A stretch of 64,000 bases of DNA, taken from NCBI GenBank assembly GCA_947259885.1, contig CAMYNW010000014.1, forward strand, positions 993 through 64,992, written 5' to 3'. The notes under the pieces were generated by a model, which was not told the DNA's origin, ran no database searches, and saw only the letters and a list, made by a program, of their open reading frames with translations. The stretch is from an uncultured Gammaproteobacteria bacterium (GTDB taxonomy: Bacteria; Pseudomonadota; Gammaproteobacteria; Arenicellales; Poriferihabitantaceae). Shown one piece after another: positions 29,215 through 39,309 of this stretch. Position 1 is the first letter of the stretch; each line of letters begins with the position of its first letter. The translations under genes were made by a program, and so were the position numbers.

Positions 29215-30291
29215 CTAGTGCGGAAACGGCCATAGTCGAAGCTTTTCCTTGGTCACGCGCCATAGTTGCGCCAGGCCGTGAGGTTCGACGATCAGGAAGA
29301 ACATGATCAGCCCGCCTACCAGCATGAAAATAAAATGCTGGACCATATCGGTAGGCCAGCCGAACCCTCCTACCATGATATTTTTAAACAGTACCGGCAA
29401 CAAGGTCATAAAGGCAGCCCCCACAAAAGAGCCGAAAATGGAGCCAAGCCCGCCGATAATGATCATGAAAAGTACTAGAAAAGACTTATCGATTCCAAAT
29501 GCTTCGGTCGGCTCCACCGCGCCCAGATAGACACCAAAGAATAGTGCCCCAGAGAGTCCAATATAAAAAGAGCTGACCGCAAAAGCGGATAGTTTTGCTT
29601 GCAGTGGGGGTACACCGATAATTTCGGCCGCAATATCCATATCTCGAATCGCCATCCACGAGCGCCCCAGTCTGCCGCGGGTCAAGTTCCGCGCAATAAA
29701 GGCAAACACTACGACAAATAGAAGACTGAACAAATAGGTTGCCCAAGGGGTAGCCGCGGATCCGGTGACAGCAGTTCCAAACAAGGTTCGCTCGGGCATG
29801 CTAATCTGGCCTGACGCCGAGTAGTTATAAAACCACGGGACTTTATTAAACAACCAGACCAGGAAAAATTGAGATGCCAGGGTTGCTACCGCGAGATAAA
29901 ATCCCTTGATCCGCAAGCTCGGCAGCCCGAAGACAATTCCAACTAAAGCAGTAATTCCGCCTGATAACAGGATCACGAAAATAATATTGAGATCCGGGAA
30001 ACCGGTAGTCAATTTGTAGCAGGCATAAGCGCCGACAGCCATAAAACCACCAGTACCGAGGCTGACCTGACCGCAATAACCGGTCAGGATATTGAGACCG
30101 AGAGCAGCCAGCGACCAAACCAGGAACGGCAATAGAATCGACTTTTCCCAATAGTCATTAATGAAAAAAGGGACTACTGCAAAAGCGAACACCAGTACCA
30201 GTGCGATGACGATACGGTCGAACCGGATCGGGAAAGTCTGCTGGTCGGCAGCGTAGCTGGTTTTAAAGTCTCCTGATTCTCGATAGAACAT
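29215..30291 (-). CDS. Liv-type ABC permease (LivM-like)
   Basis: GLNILTGYCGQVSLG, LRIKGFYLAVATLA, AIRDMDIAA, IIGGLGS. Confidence 0.92.
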   Translation of the reverse strand: MFYRESGDFKTSYAADQQTFPIRFDRIVIALVLVFAFAVVPFFINDYWEKSILLPFLVWSLAALGLNILTGYCGQVSLGTGGFMAVGAYACYKLTTGFPDLNIIFVILLSGGITALVGIVFGLPSLRIKGFYLAVATLASQFFLVWLFNKVPWFYNYSASGQISMPERTLFGTAVTGSAATPWATYLFSLLFVVVFAFIARNLTRGRLGRSWMAIRDMDIAAEIIGVPPLQAKLSAFAVSSFYIGLSGALFFGVYLGAVEPTEAFGIDKSFLVLFMIIIGGLGSIFGSFVGAAFMTLLPVLFKNIMVGGFGWPTDMVQHFIFMLVGGLIMFFLIVEPHGLAQLWRVTKEKLRLWPFPH

Positions 30292-30300
30292 GTCGTTTTC

Positions 30301-31302
30301 CTATACCCGTTCGATTATCTTATCGCCATAGAGGCCCTGAGGACGGAACATCAGGAACACAAGTGCCAGCACATAGGCAAACCAGTTTTCAGTGGCACCG
30401 CCAATCAGCGGACCAATAGTGAATTCAAATAGCTTCTCTCCGACACCAATAATCAATCCGCCGACAATTGCACCCGGAATCGAAGTGAAGCCACCAAGGA
30501 TCAATACCGGTAGTGCTTTGAGTGCGATCAGTGATAACGAAAACTGAATTCCGGACTTTGAACCCCACATTATTCCTGCCACCAGCGCGACGAAGCCGGC
30601 TATGGACCAGACCACGATCCATATGGTGCGCAGTGAGATTCCCACAGTCAGCGCGGCCTGATGATCATCCGCCACTGCTCTCAGTGCGCGGCCAGTTTTG
30701 GTGTACTGGGAGAACAGGGTCAGTGCAACCACCAGCACGATCGCGATTCCGGCGGCCCATAGATCGAGCACATCGATATACATGCCATAATAATCTGAGC
30801 CTTCGGTGGCCCAGACTCTGGTGACATCCTCCCACCAGAATGAGCCGCCAGACGGCAGTCCGATATCCAAAACCTTGATATTGGCGCCCCACATCATATC
30901 GCCCAGGCCTTCCATGAAAAACGCGAGTCCAATGGTGGCCATAAACAGGATGATGGGTTCCTGGTTAACGAGATGCCTGAGGACCAGCCTTTCGACCAGC
31001 CAGGCCAGCAAAACCATCACAGCCATGGTCAGAAGAATGGCAAGAAACGCATTCATTCCCGGGCCCCAATTGTGATAGTCAGTGCCGAACACCACATTGA
31101 TTAAGTGGGAAAACGGAATCTGACCTGACTGGAAACCAACCAGAGTGAGTGCGGCAAACAATGCCATCACGCCCTGTGCATAGTTAAAAATTCCGGAGGC
31201 TTTGAAGATCAACACAAACCCTAATGCGACCAGAGAGTACATGACTCCAGTCATTAAACCGTTCAACATTACCTCGATGGTATTCAATATCATCGGGCTC
31301 AT
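30301..31302 (-). CDS. Liv-type ABC permease (LivH-like)
   Basis: YSLVALGFVLIFKASG.FNYAQG, GRALRAVADD, LGGFTS.PGA, RPQGL.G. Confidence 0.92.
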   Translation of the reverse strand: MSPMILNTIEVMLNGLMTGVMYSLVALGFVLIFKASGIFNYAQGVMALFAALTLVGFQSGQIPFSHLINVVFGTDYHNWGPGMNAFLAILLTMAVMVLLAWLVERLVLRHLVNQEPIILFMATIGLAFFMEGLGDMMWGANIKVLDIGLPSGGSFWWEDVTRVWATEGSDYYGMYIDVLDLWAAGIAIVLVVALTLFSQYTKTGRALRAVADDHQAALTVGISLRTIWIVVWSIAGFVALVAGIMWGSKSGIQFSLSLIALKALPVLILGGFTSIPGAIVGGLIIGVGEKLFEFTIGPLIGGATENWFAYVLALVFLMFRPQGLYGDKIIERV

Positions 31303-31338
31303 AGTGCTTGCTCCATATATACTTTGACTCTTCGCGGG

Positions 31339-32130
31339 TTAGTCATGCGCAACTCCCAGATAAGCATCAATAACGTCCTTATCGTTTCGTACTTCATCAG
31401 GATAACCATCTCCAATCTTCTTTCCATAGTCAAGTACGACTACCCGATCGGCAATATCCATGACCACGCTCATATCGTGTTCGATCAAGGCGATGGTAGT
31501 TCCAAACTGATCATTAACCTCTAAAATAAAACGGCACATGTCCTGTTTTTCTTCCAGGTTCATCCCGGCCATGGGCTCGTCTAATAATAGAAGCTTGGAT
31601 TCGGCAGCGAGCGCCCTGCCTAGTTCAACCCGTTTCTGTAAACCGTAAGGCAGACGACCCACCGGTGTCTTACGGATGGCTTGAATTTCCAGGAAGTCAA
31701 TAATGTGTTCGACTCGCTCTCTGTGTTCCAACTCTTCATTTTCGGCTTTGCCTTTCCACAATGCCTGCCAGAACATGTTGGCATGCATCTTGGTAATGCG
31801 CCCTGTCATCAGATTGTCCAGAGTCGACATACCCTTGAACAATGCAATGTTCTGAAACGTACGAGCAATTCCCTGGCGCGCAATTTCATAGGGTCTAAGG
31901 GGTCCGCGCAGCTTGCCGTCGAACCACACTTCTCCTTCCTGGGGTTGGTAAAAGCCGTTTATCACGTTGAGCATTGAGCTCTTGCCCGCGCCGTTGGGGC
32001 CGATGATAGCGCGTATTTCTCCTTGTAAGATATCGAAACTGATGTCAGTCAGCGCCTTAACGCCACCAAAAGACAGCGAAATATTGTTGACCGCCAGGAT
32101 AGGATCGCCGAACTTACGTGTTGAGTTCAT
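31339..32130 (-). CDS. Liv-type ABC transporter ATP-binding subunit (LivG-like)
   Basis: GPNGAGKS, ARTFQN, LPYG..KRVE, LLDEPMAG, IEHDM. Confidence 0.92.
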   Translation of the reverse strand: MNSTRKFGDPILAVNNISLSFGGVKALTDISFDILQGEIRAIIGPNGAGKSSMLNVINGFYQPQEGEVWFDGKLRGPLRPYEIARQGIARTFQNIALFKGMSTLDNLMTGRITKMHANMFWQALWKGKAENEELEHRERVEHIIDFLEIQAIRKTPVGRLPYGLQKRVELGRALAAESKLLLLDEPMAGMNLEEKQDMCRFILEVNDQFGTTIALIEHDMSVVMDIADRVVVLDYGKKIGDGYPDEVRNDKDVIDAYLGVAHD

Positions 32131-32139
32131 GGATGGATA

Positions 32140-34095
32140 CTAAGCGCTCTTGCTCATGGGTGGAAAAGTAGCTACATCCATAATCGTTATGTCCGCTTCT
32201 ATAGCTCCGGTCCGACCGTCCTCAAAAGTGACTTGGGTGCTGATATGCTGACTCACGCTGCCATCGTAAAGCGCTTCGACCAGTGCGCCATATTTTTCGA
32301 AGATAGTGGAACGTCTGACTTTGCGTGTACGCGTCATCTCGCCGTCATCAGGATCGAGTTCTTTATGCAGGATTAAAAACCGATGGATCTGCGAGCCTGA
32401 CATTGCGCTGTCAGTGGCGAGAGCGGCATTAGTCTGCTGAATGCTTTCCTCCATCATCTTGTAGACCTCGGGCCGTGAGGCTAATTCCTGGTAGCTGGCA
32501 TAGGGAATATTGTTTCGTTCAGCCCAGTTACCGACCGCGTCGAGTTCAATATTGATAAACGCGGTCACGAAATCGCGCTCGTTGCCGAAGGTCACGACTT
32601 CTTTAATATGCGGGAAGAACTTGAGTTTATTCTCCAGATATTTTGGCGCAAAAATCGAACTGTCGTTGAGCCGACCAACATCTTTGGCTCTGTCGATTAT
32701 CTTAAGATGACCGTGATCATCAAAATAACCGGCATCACCGGTCATTACCCAGCCCTCTTCATTTTTAGTCTCCCGGGTCGCCTGTTCATTTTTGTAATAA
32801 CTGTCGAATACACCCGGGCCTCTGTAGATCACTTCGCCGTCATCGGTGATTTTTATTTCAACGCCGGGTGCCGGAACCCCCACAGTGTCCGCGAACACCT
32901 CGCCATCCGGTTGCAGGGTGATAAACACAGCGGCTTCAGTTTGACCGTATAGCTGTTTAATATTGATACCTAGAGAGCGATAAAAGTCGAAGATCTCCGG
33001 GCCGATTGCTTCCCCAGCGGTATAAGCAAGTTTAATGCGGCTAAATCCCATAGTGTTCTTCAGCGGCGCATAGATTAATAAGTTGCCAAGCCAATATTTG
33101 AAGCGACCCATGCCAGATACCGGTTTTCCATCCAGAATATTAATACCCACCTCCTTGGCTACTTTCATGAAGTAATGAAACAGTTTCTGTTTCATGGCGC
33201 TGGCGTCTTCCATGCGTATCATGACTTGGGTCAGAAGACCTTCAAAAACTCTGGGCGGTGCAAAATAATAGGTTGGACCGATCTCTCTGAGATCCGTACT
33301 CACGGTCTCTTCACTTTCGGGGCAATTGATGCAAAAGCCCGCCACATAAGCTTGTCCATGAGAGAAGATATGATCACCAACCCAGGCCAGCGGTAAATAG
33401 CTGAGGGTCTCTTCGTGTTCGGTGAGCTTGTCGAACTCGACACTGTTACGCGATGTAACGATTATATTATCGTTGGTGAGCACGACCCCTTTAGGCTTTC
33501 CTGTGGTACCGGAGGTATAAAGAAATATACCGACATCACTACCCATGCCCGCCTCAATACGCGCATCAAGCAATGAAGGATTTTTTGCCAGCGCTTCGCG
33601 TCCGAGTTTTTGTACATCAGTGAAATCGTGCAGTTTGGTTTTGTCGTAATCTCGAAGTCCACGCGTGTCATCGTAGATAATCTGGTCGAGCCTATTCAAC
33701 CGGTCGCTGATTTCTAACACTTTATCGACCTGCTCCTGGTTCTCGGCAAGTGCAAATCGCACTTCCGCGTGATTCAGAACATACTCCATTTCTTCTGCAA
33801 CAGAATCCGCGTATACGGGAACCGGAACACCACCCAGACACTGGGCTGCGGTGATTCCCCAGTAGAGCCGTGGTCGATTACGGCCAATGATGGCTATTTT
33901 GTCGCCTGGTGCATAGCCGAGCACATCCAGGCCTGCGGCAAATGACAAGACCTCATCTTTAACTTCGCTCCAAGTCCAGGTCTGCCAGATCCCGAATTCC
34001 TTCTCACGCACAGCCGGTCGATTGGCGAATCGCTGCGCGTTGTGGATCAGAAGTTTGGGGAAGGTGTCCAGAGCGTTCGACGCTGTGCTACTCAT
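32140..34095 (-). CDS. Long-chain acyl-CoA synthetase (AMP-binding)
   Basis: YTSGTTGKPKG, YLPLAW, YGQTE, TGDAG, IIDRAKD, TRTRKVRR. Confidence 0.9.
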   Translation of the reverse strand: MSSTASNALDTFPKLLIHNAQRFANRPAVREKEFGIWQTWTWSEVKDEVLSFAAGLDVLGYAPGDKIAIIGRNRPRLYWGITAAQCLGGVPVPVYADSVAEEMEYVLNHAEVRFALAENQEQVDKVLEISDRLNRLDQIIYDDTRGLRDYDKTKLHDFTDVQKLGREALAKNPSLLDARIEAGMGSDVGIFLYTSGTTGKPKGVVLTNDNIIVTSRNSVEFDKLTEHEETLSYLPLAWVGDHIFSHGQAYVAGFCINCPESEETVSTDLREIGPTYYFAPPRVFEGLLTQVMIRMEDASAMKQKLFHYFMKVAKEVGINILDGKPVSGMGRFKYWLGNLLIYAPLKNTMGFSRIKLAYTAGEAIGPEIFDFYRSLGINIKQLYGQTEAAVFITLQPDGEVFADTVGVPAPGVEIKITDDGEVIYRGPGVFDSYYKNEQATRETKNEEGWVMTGDAGYFDDHGHLKIIDRAKDVGRLNDSSIFAPKYLENKLKFFPHIKEVVTFGNERDFVTAFINIELDAVGNWAERNNIPYASYQELASRPEVYKMMEESIQQTNAALATDSAMSGSQIHRFLILHKELDPDDGEMTRTRKVRRSTIFEKYGALVEALYDGSVSQHISTQVTFEDGRTGAIEADITIMDVATFPPMSKSA

Positions 34096-34190
34096 ATAAT
34101 CAAGTCAAACTGGTATTGGTGTTTATAATAATCGTCAGCCTGGTGAGGCTGAATCCGGTGTCGAGCCAAAGGATGCCCCTGGACCGTTAC

Positions 34191-34208
34191 CGATAGTGCA
34201 TACTATCG
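34191..34208. promoter_or_regulatory. Inverted repeat upstream of the acyl-CoA synthetase/ABC operon (putative operator)
   Basis: CGATAGT-gcat-ACTATCG; overlaps a TAGTAT -10-like hexamer on the minus strand. Confidence 0.4.
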
Positions 34209-34258
34209 CAAATTGGTTTGAAAAATCTAACTAAACACCATCATGCTAAAGATTAGCG

Positions 34259-37200
34259 CTACATATTTCGGCGGTACTGCCCCCCTACCTGATAAAGGGT
34301 GTCAGAGATTTGACCGAGAGAGCAGCAGCGGACGGCGTCCATGATTTCTACAAAAATATTACGATTGTGTAATACCGCCTGGCGAATTCTTTCCAAGGCC
34401 TGTTCCGAGTGCTGTCCGTGACGTTCCTGAAACTGTTGCAGGCGTTGAATTTGACTCTGTTTTTCTTGCTCGCTTGAGCGCGCGAGTTCGATCTCGGTGC
34501 GCTCGGGGGTACCTTTTCTTAGGAACGTGTTGACGCCGATAATAGGCAGGGAGCCATCGTGTTTGCGGTGCTCATATTCTAGTGATTCTTCCTGGATTTT
34601 TCCGCGTTGATAACCCGTTTCCATCGCGCCAAGTACGCCGCCTCGCTCTGAAATTTTCTCAAACTCTGTCAATACCGCTTCTTCCACCAATTCGGTGAGC
34701 TCTTCGATGATGAAACTGCCCTGATTCGGGTTTTCATTGATCGCCAGCCCCCATTCATTGTTAATGATTAGCTGAATTGCCAGGGCCCGCCTGACCGATT
34801 CCTCAGTAGGTGTGGTGATGGCTTCATCGTAGGCGTTGGTGTGCAGACTGTTACAGTTGTCGTAAATCGCGATTAACGCCTGTAATGTGGTGCGGATATC
34901 GTTGAAATCCATTTCCTGGGCATGCAGAGATCGCCCAGAGGTCTGGATGTGATACTTAAGTTTTTGCGAGCGCTGGTTAGCACCATACCGGTCACGCATG
35001 GCTACCGCCCAAATTCGCCTGGCCACGCGACCCATCACGGTGTATTCAGGATCCATACCGTTACTGAAAAAGAACGAAAGATTGGGTGCGAACTCGTCGA
35101 TCTCCATGCCCCTGGCGAGGTAACTCTCAACAAAGGTGAAACCGTTCGACAATGTGAACGCCAGCTGGGAAATGGGATTCGCGCCCGCCTCGGCAATATG
35201 GTACCCCGAGATCGAAACAGAATAGAAATTTCTGACCCGGTGGTCGACGAAATATTGCTGAATATCTCCCATCAACTTGAGTGCAAATTCGGTAGAGAAT
35301 ATACAAGTATTTTGACCTTGATCTTCTTTAAGAATATCTGCCTGCACCGTGCCGCGAACGTTTTCGAGCGCCCATTCTCGCAGCCGCTGAAGCTCGTCTT
35401 TGTTTGGCTGTCTCTGGTTGTTCTGGACAAATCGATCAACGCCCTGATCAATCGCAGTGTTCAAGAACATTGCGAGGATCATTGGTGCCGGCCCGTTGAT
35501 GGTCATCGAAACTGAGGTTGCAGGATCACATAGATCGAAGCCATCGTAGAGCACTTTCATGTCGTCCAGGGTCGCAATCGAAACACCGGAATTGCCAACC
35601 TTACCGTAGATGTCCGGCCGTTCATCCGGGTCGCAGCCATACAATGTGACCGAATCGAATGCGGTTGACAGTCGCTTTGCCGGGGAATGCTCTGATAACT
35701 GCTTGAATCTGCGGTTAGTGCGAAAAGCATCGCCCTCTCCTGCAAACATGCGAGTGGGATCCTCATTGTCGCGCTTAAACGGAAATACACCCGCGGTGAA
35801 TGGAAAAAAGCCAGGTAGGTTGTCGAGCATCAGCCAGCGTAATAACTCGCCATGATCCTGGCATAGCGGCACCGATACTCTCGATATCTGGCTGCCAGAC
35901 AGACTTGTTCTTTTCAACTTATTGGTGAATTCGCGGTCTCGCACCTTGGTGACCAATTCGGTGCCGAGATACTCCTGCTTAAGCGTTGGCCATTGATCGA
36001 GAAGTGCCTTTGAATTTGAATTCAATCGGTTGCTACGCTGTTTGATCAGCGAATCGAGTTCATGATCATCTTTGTTGGCCTGCCGCAGCATTCTTGCAGT
36101 CTCACTCAGTTGCTGACGTTCTCGTGCAATCAGTGATTGACTGTGCGCATGTTTTTTATATTCGCGCAAGGTGTCGGCAATTTCGCTTAAATAGCGAATC
36201 CGCTTACCTGGGATCAATTCATGTTGATCGCTGGAAAATCGTGTTTGCTGATGTGGTAAGTGGTCTTCTATTGCGCTTAGACCCTTTTGTTTCAGCAGAT
36301 TGAGAATCTCGTGGTAGAGCGCGGTAACGCCATCGTCATTAAATCTTGCCGCGATGGTGCCGAACACTGGCATGGACTCGGGATTCTGTGAGAACGCTTT
36401 GCGGTTACGTTGCACCTGTTTGCAGACATCTCGGTAGGCATCCTGTGCACCCTTGCGATCAAACTTGTTGATGGCCACGACATCGGCAAAATCCAGCATG
36501 TCAATTTTTTCGAGCTGACTCTGGGCGCCAAATTCCGGGGTCATGACATACAGGGAACAGTCCACCAGCTCACTAATGGCCGCATTGCCCTGGCCTATAC
36601 CCGGTGTCTCCACAACGATCAGGTCAAACCCCGAAATACTGCATGCGGCAAGAATATCTGGGATCGTCTCTGGCAGCTCTCCCGAGGCTTCGCGAGTGGC
36701 CATCGAGCGCATAAATATATTGGCATGATTAATCGCGTTCATACGTATACGATCACCGAGCAGTGCGCCCCCCGTTTTGCGGCGCGACGGATCTACCGCA
36801 ATGATGGCTATCTTCAATCCTTCCTTTTGTCCAAGGCGGAATCGTAAAATCAATTCGTCAGTGAGTGAGGACTTTCCGGCACCACCCGTTCCGGTAATGC
36901 CAAGGATCGGGACCGCCTGTTGCGTTGCCGCCTGTCTTATTTCGCTCAGCACCGCGTGATCGGCGGTATTGTTTTCCAGCGCGGTAATAAGATGAGACAA
37001 GGCGCGCCAATCGCCCTGCTTGAGCGGATCTGTGGTCGTTGGTGCCGATTGGCCCGGATCAAAAAGGCTCAGCTCCATGGTTTCACGAATCATCCCCTCG
37101 AGGCCCATCGCCTGGCCGTCTTCCGGCGAGTACACCCTTGTTACACCATATTCCTGCAGCGCCTTAATTTCATCAGGAATGATGACACCGCCGCCGCCGG

Positions 37201-37504
37201 CGAAGATACGGATGTCGGCACCGTTTCGTTCTTTCAGCATATCGACCATGTACTTCAAATATTCGATATGTCCGCCCTGGTATGAACTGATAGCAATGCC
37301 CTGAACGTCCTCCTGCAGCGCTGCGGTCACGATTTCTTCTACCGAGCGGTTGTGCCCCAGATGGATCACTTCGGCGCCACAGGATTGCAGGATGCGGCGC
37401 ATGATATTGATCGCCGCATCGTGGCCGTCAAACAGGCTGGCAGCGGTGACAAATCGCATGTTTTTATAGCGGGAAGACTGCTGTGGCTTGAGTTTATCGA
37501 GCAT
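34259..37504 (-). CDS. icmF: Fused isobutyryl-CoA mutase / MeaI GTPase
   Basis: N-terminal B12 domain (FDGHDAAIN), GTPase ([17 protein letters not shown]), mutase barrel with TRMFAGEG (Phe specificity residue), [21 protein letters not shown]. Confidence 0.95.
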   Translation of the reverse strand: MLDKLKPQQSSRYKNMRFVTAASLFDGHDAAINIMRRILQSCGAEVIHLGHNRSVEEIVTAALQEDVQGIAISSYQGGHIEYLKYMVDMLKERNGADIRIFAGGGGVIIPDEIKALQEYGVTRVYSPEDGQAMGLEGMIRETMELSLFDPGQSAPTTTDPLKQGDWRALSHLITALENNTADHAVLSEIRQAATQQAVPILGITGTGGAGKSSLTDELILRFRLGQKEGLKIAIIAVDPSRRKTGGALLGDRIRMNAINHANIFMRSMATREASGELPETIPDILAACSISGFDLIVVETPGIGQGNAAISELVDCSLYVMTPEFGAQSQLEKIDMLDFADVVAINKFDRKGAQDAYRDVCKQVQRNRKAFSQNPESMPVFGTIAARFNDDGVTALYHEILNLLKQKGLSAIEDHLPHQQTRFSSDQHELIPGKRIRYLSEIADTLREYKKHAHSQSLIARERQQLSETARMLRQANKDDHELDSLIKQRSNRLNSNSKALLDQWPTLKQEYLGTELVTKVRDREFTNKLKRTSLSGSQISRVSVPLCQDHGELLRWLMLDNLPGFFPFTAGVFPFKRDNEDPTRMFAGEGDAFRTNRRFKQLSEHSPAKRLSTAFDSVTLYGCDPDERPDIYGKVGNSGVSIATLDDMKVLYDGFDLCDPATSVSMTINGPAPMILAMFLNTAIDQGVDRFVQNNQRQPNKDELQRLREWALENVRGTVQADILKEDQGQNTCIFSTEFALKLMGDIQQYFVDHRVRNFYSVSISGYHIAEAGANPISQLAFTLSNGFTFVESYLARGMEIDEFAPNLSFFFSNGMDPEYTVMGRVARRIWAVAMRDRYGANQRSQKLKYHIQTSGRSLHAQEMDFNDIRTTLQALIAIYDNCNSLHTNAYDEAITTPTEESVRRALAIQLIINNEWGLAINENPNQGSFIIEELTELVEEAVLTEFEKISERGGVLGAMETGYQRGKIQEESLEYEHRKHDGSLPIIGVNTFLRKGTPERTEIELARSSEQEKQSQIQRLQQFQERHGQHSEQALERIRQAVLHNRNIFVEIMDAVRCCSLGQISDTLYQVGGQYRRNM

Positions 37505-37555
37505 CTGGTTGGGATTCGTGGTGACGAGACTCTGGCAGAATCAGGAATCATCGCA

Positions 37556-37575
37556 TGACGTTTACGTAAACGTCA
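37556..37575. promoter_or_regulatory. LiuR-type operator palindrome between icmF and liuR
   Basis: Perfect 20-bp palindrome TGACGTTTACGTAAACGTCA with a TTACGTAA core, next to a LiuR-like MerR gene. Confidence 0.85.
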
Positions 37576-37589
37576 ACATGCCTTAAACT
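37561..37589 (+). promoter_or_regulatory. Putative sigma70 promoter of liuR
   Basis: TTTACG (37561-66), 17 nt, TAAACT (37584-89); the ATG lies 6 nt downstream. Confidence 0.55.
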
Positions 37590-37595
37590 TTAAGA

Positions 37596-37988
37596 ATGGT
37601 ACAAACCTACTCTATTTCCGAACTTTCCGAGCAGTTCGATATCACCGCTCGGACCATTCGATTCTATGAGGACCAGGGCCTGATCTCACCACGACGAGAA
37701 GGCACCCGCCGCATCTATGAGGAGCGTGACAGGGTCCGAATGAAGCTGATTTTGCGGGCCAAGCGACTGGGGTTTACCCTTTCGGAAATTCGTGAAACTT
37801 TGGACCTGTACGATTCCGCATCCGGTGGAGAGCTAGCCCAGGGCAAATTCGTGCTGGAAGTGATTAATCATCATCGTGCCATTCTTATGCAACAGCAGAA
37901 CGATATACTTGATGTACTACAGGATATGAAAAACGTTGAACAGCGTATCCTCAACAGAATGAAATCCCCCGAACAAAAAGCTCAATAA
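37596..37988 (+). CDS. liuR: MerR-family regulator LiuR
   Basis: YSISELSEQFDITARTIRFYEDQGL.SP.REG..R.Y, R.KLILR.KRLGF.L.EI; no metal-binding Cys; adjacent LiuR-type box. Confidence 0.85.
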   Translation: MVQTYSISELSEQFDITARTIRFYEDQGLISPRREGTRRIYEERDRVRMKLILRAKRLGFTLSEIRETLDLYDSASGGELAQGKFVLEVINHHRAILMQQQNDILDVLQDMKNVEQRILNRMKSPEQKAQ

Positions 37989-37992
37989 CACT

Positions 37993-39297
37993 ATGGCATG
38001 CCAATACTTTAGTCGTTGCGAACACGGTGCGGATAGCTTCACCGTCATGATGCCCAAACTAACCTTCGGGCGCGGTTGCTTAAGAGAGATCGGAGATCGA
38101 GCCAAGGTAAGAAAACTATCCAGGGTCGCACTGTATACCGACCCCTACCTTAAAGATGGTCCGTATGTGCGGACTGTTTTGCGATCGCTTACATCTGCGG
38201 GTATTGAGGCTGAAGTTTTTTCCGAAATCAGAATAGAGCCAGATGACGCCACAGTAGTGGAAGCCGCGGCATTTCTGTCTCAAGGCCAGTTTGATGGAGT
38301 GGTCTCAGTTGGCGGTGGTTCCTCTATTGATATTGCTAAAGCGGCAATGGTCTATGCCTGTTACCCCGCGGATGTAACGGATTACTTTGCACCACCGGTG
38401 GGCGCGGCACGAGCAGTGCCCGGCCCATTACTTCCTCATATCGCCTGCCCGACTACATCTGGAACCGGGTCAGAGTGCACTTCCGTTTCGGTGATCAGAA
38501 TCAACGCACTGAATACCAAATTTGTTTTGGGCTCGCCGCATCTATTGCCCGTCGAGGCTTTGGTGGACCCTGCCTGTACCGATACGCTGCCTTCAAACGC
38601 CATTGCTTCGACTGGTTTTGATCTCCTCTGTCACGCCATCGAGTGTTACACCGCTCGGGCGTATACACGCTGGGACAAGGTTGATGACCCGAATAGTCGT
38701 ACCCTTCTTCAGGGCGCAAACCCATGGAGCGATATGTCGGCTCGAAGAGCGCTTGAGATTGTCGGAGAGTATCTGGATCGTGGAGTAAACGATTATTCCG
38801 ATACTGAGGCACGGGACAATCTAATGTGGGGGGCTACATTGGCCGGCATGGCTTTCGGAAATTCCGGCACCCACCTACCCCATGCAATGTCCTATGGCGT
38901 CACCCACCTTATGCAAAACATTACAACGGATGGATATCCTGTCGCCTCTCCGTTTGTTCCACATGGTATTAGTGTGCTGGTCAATGCACCGGCCATATTC
39001 CAGTACCTGGCTGAAGGAGCACCTGAACGTCATCTTGAAGCTGCGCAATTTCTAGGTGCAGATACCGTAGACGCCACACCTTTAGATTCAGGAGAGATTG
39101 TATCAAAGAGGATTGTGCAGATGATGCAGCAAACTGGCGTGCCCAATGGACTGAGCGGAGTTGGATTCGGTGCGGGCGACGTGAAGGCCCTCGCTGAATC
39201 ATCAATTCGACAAACCAGAGCAATTAATAATGCCCCGAAAGTTGCTAATCAGTCTGACATGGAATCGATCTACTCCAATTCAATCCGCTATTGGTGA
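37993..39297 (+). CDS. Hydroxyacid-oxoacid transhydrogenase (Fe-ADH family, ADHFE1-like)
   Basis: VGGGSSID.AK, DY...PVG...VPGPLLP.IA.PTTSGTGSE, GFD.LCHA.E.YTA, QGANP.SD, HLPHAMSY, VPHG.SV. Confidence 0.85.
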   Translation: MACQYFSRCEHGADSFTVMMPKLTFGRGCLREIGDRAKVRKLSRVALYTDPYLKDGPYVRTVLRSLTSAGIEAEVFSEIRIEPDDATVVEAAAFLSQGQFDGVVSVGGGSSIDIAKAAMVYACYPADVTDYFAPPVGAARAVPGPLLPHIACPTTSGTGSECTSVSVIRINALNTKFVLGSPHLLPVEALVDPACTDTLPSNAIASTGFDLLCHAIECYTARAYTRWDKVDDPNSRTLLQGANPWSDMSARRALEIVGEYLDRGVNDYSDTEARDNLMWGATLAGMAFGNSGTHLPHAMSYGVTHLMQNITTDGYPVASPFVPHGISVLVNAPAIFQYLAEGAPERHLEAAQFLGADTVDATPLDSGEIVSKRIVQMMQQTGVPNGLSGVGFGAGDVKALAESSIRQTRAINNAPKVANQSDMESIYSNSIRYW

Positions 39298-39309
39298 TGC
39301 TGATCTGCC

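Noticed and set aside
34922-35515. 197-aa ORF and other plus-strand ORFs inside icmF, the ABC genes and AcnX (for example 23204-23764, 28163-28714)
   Set aside because: They lie opposite well-supported genes and have no protein-family signal.
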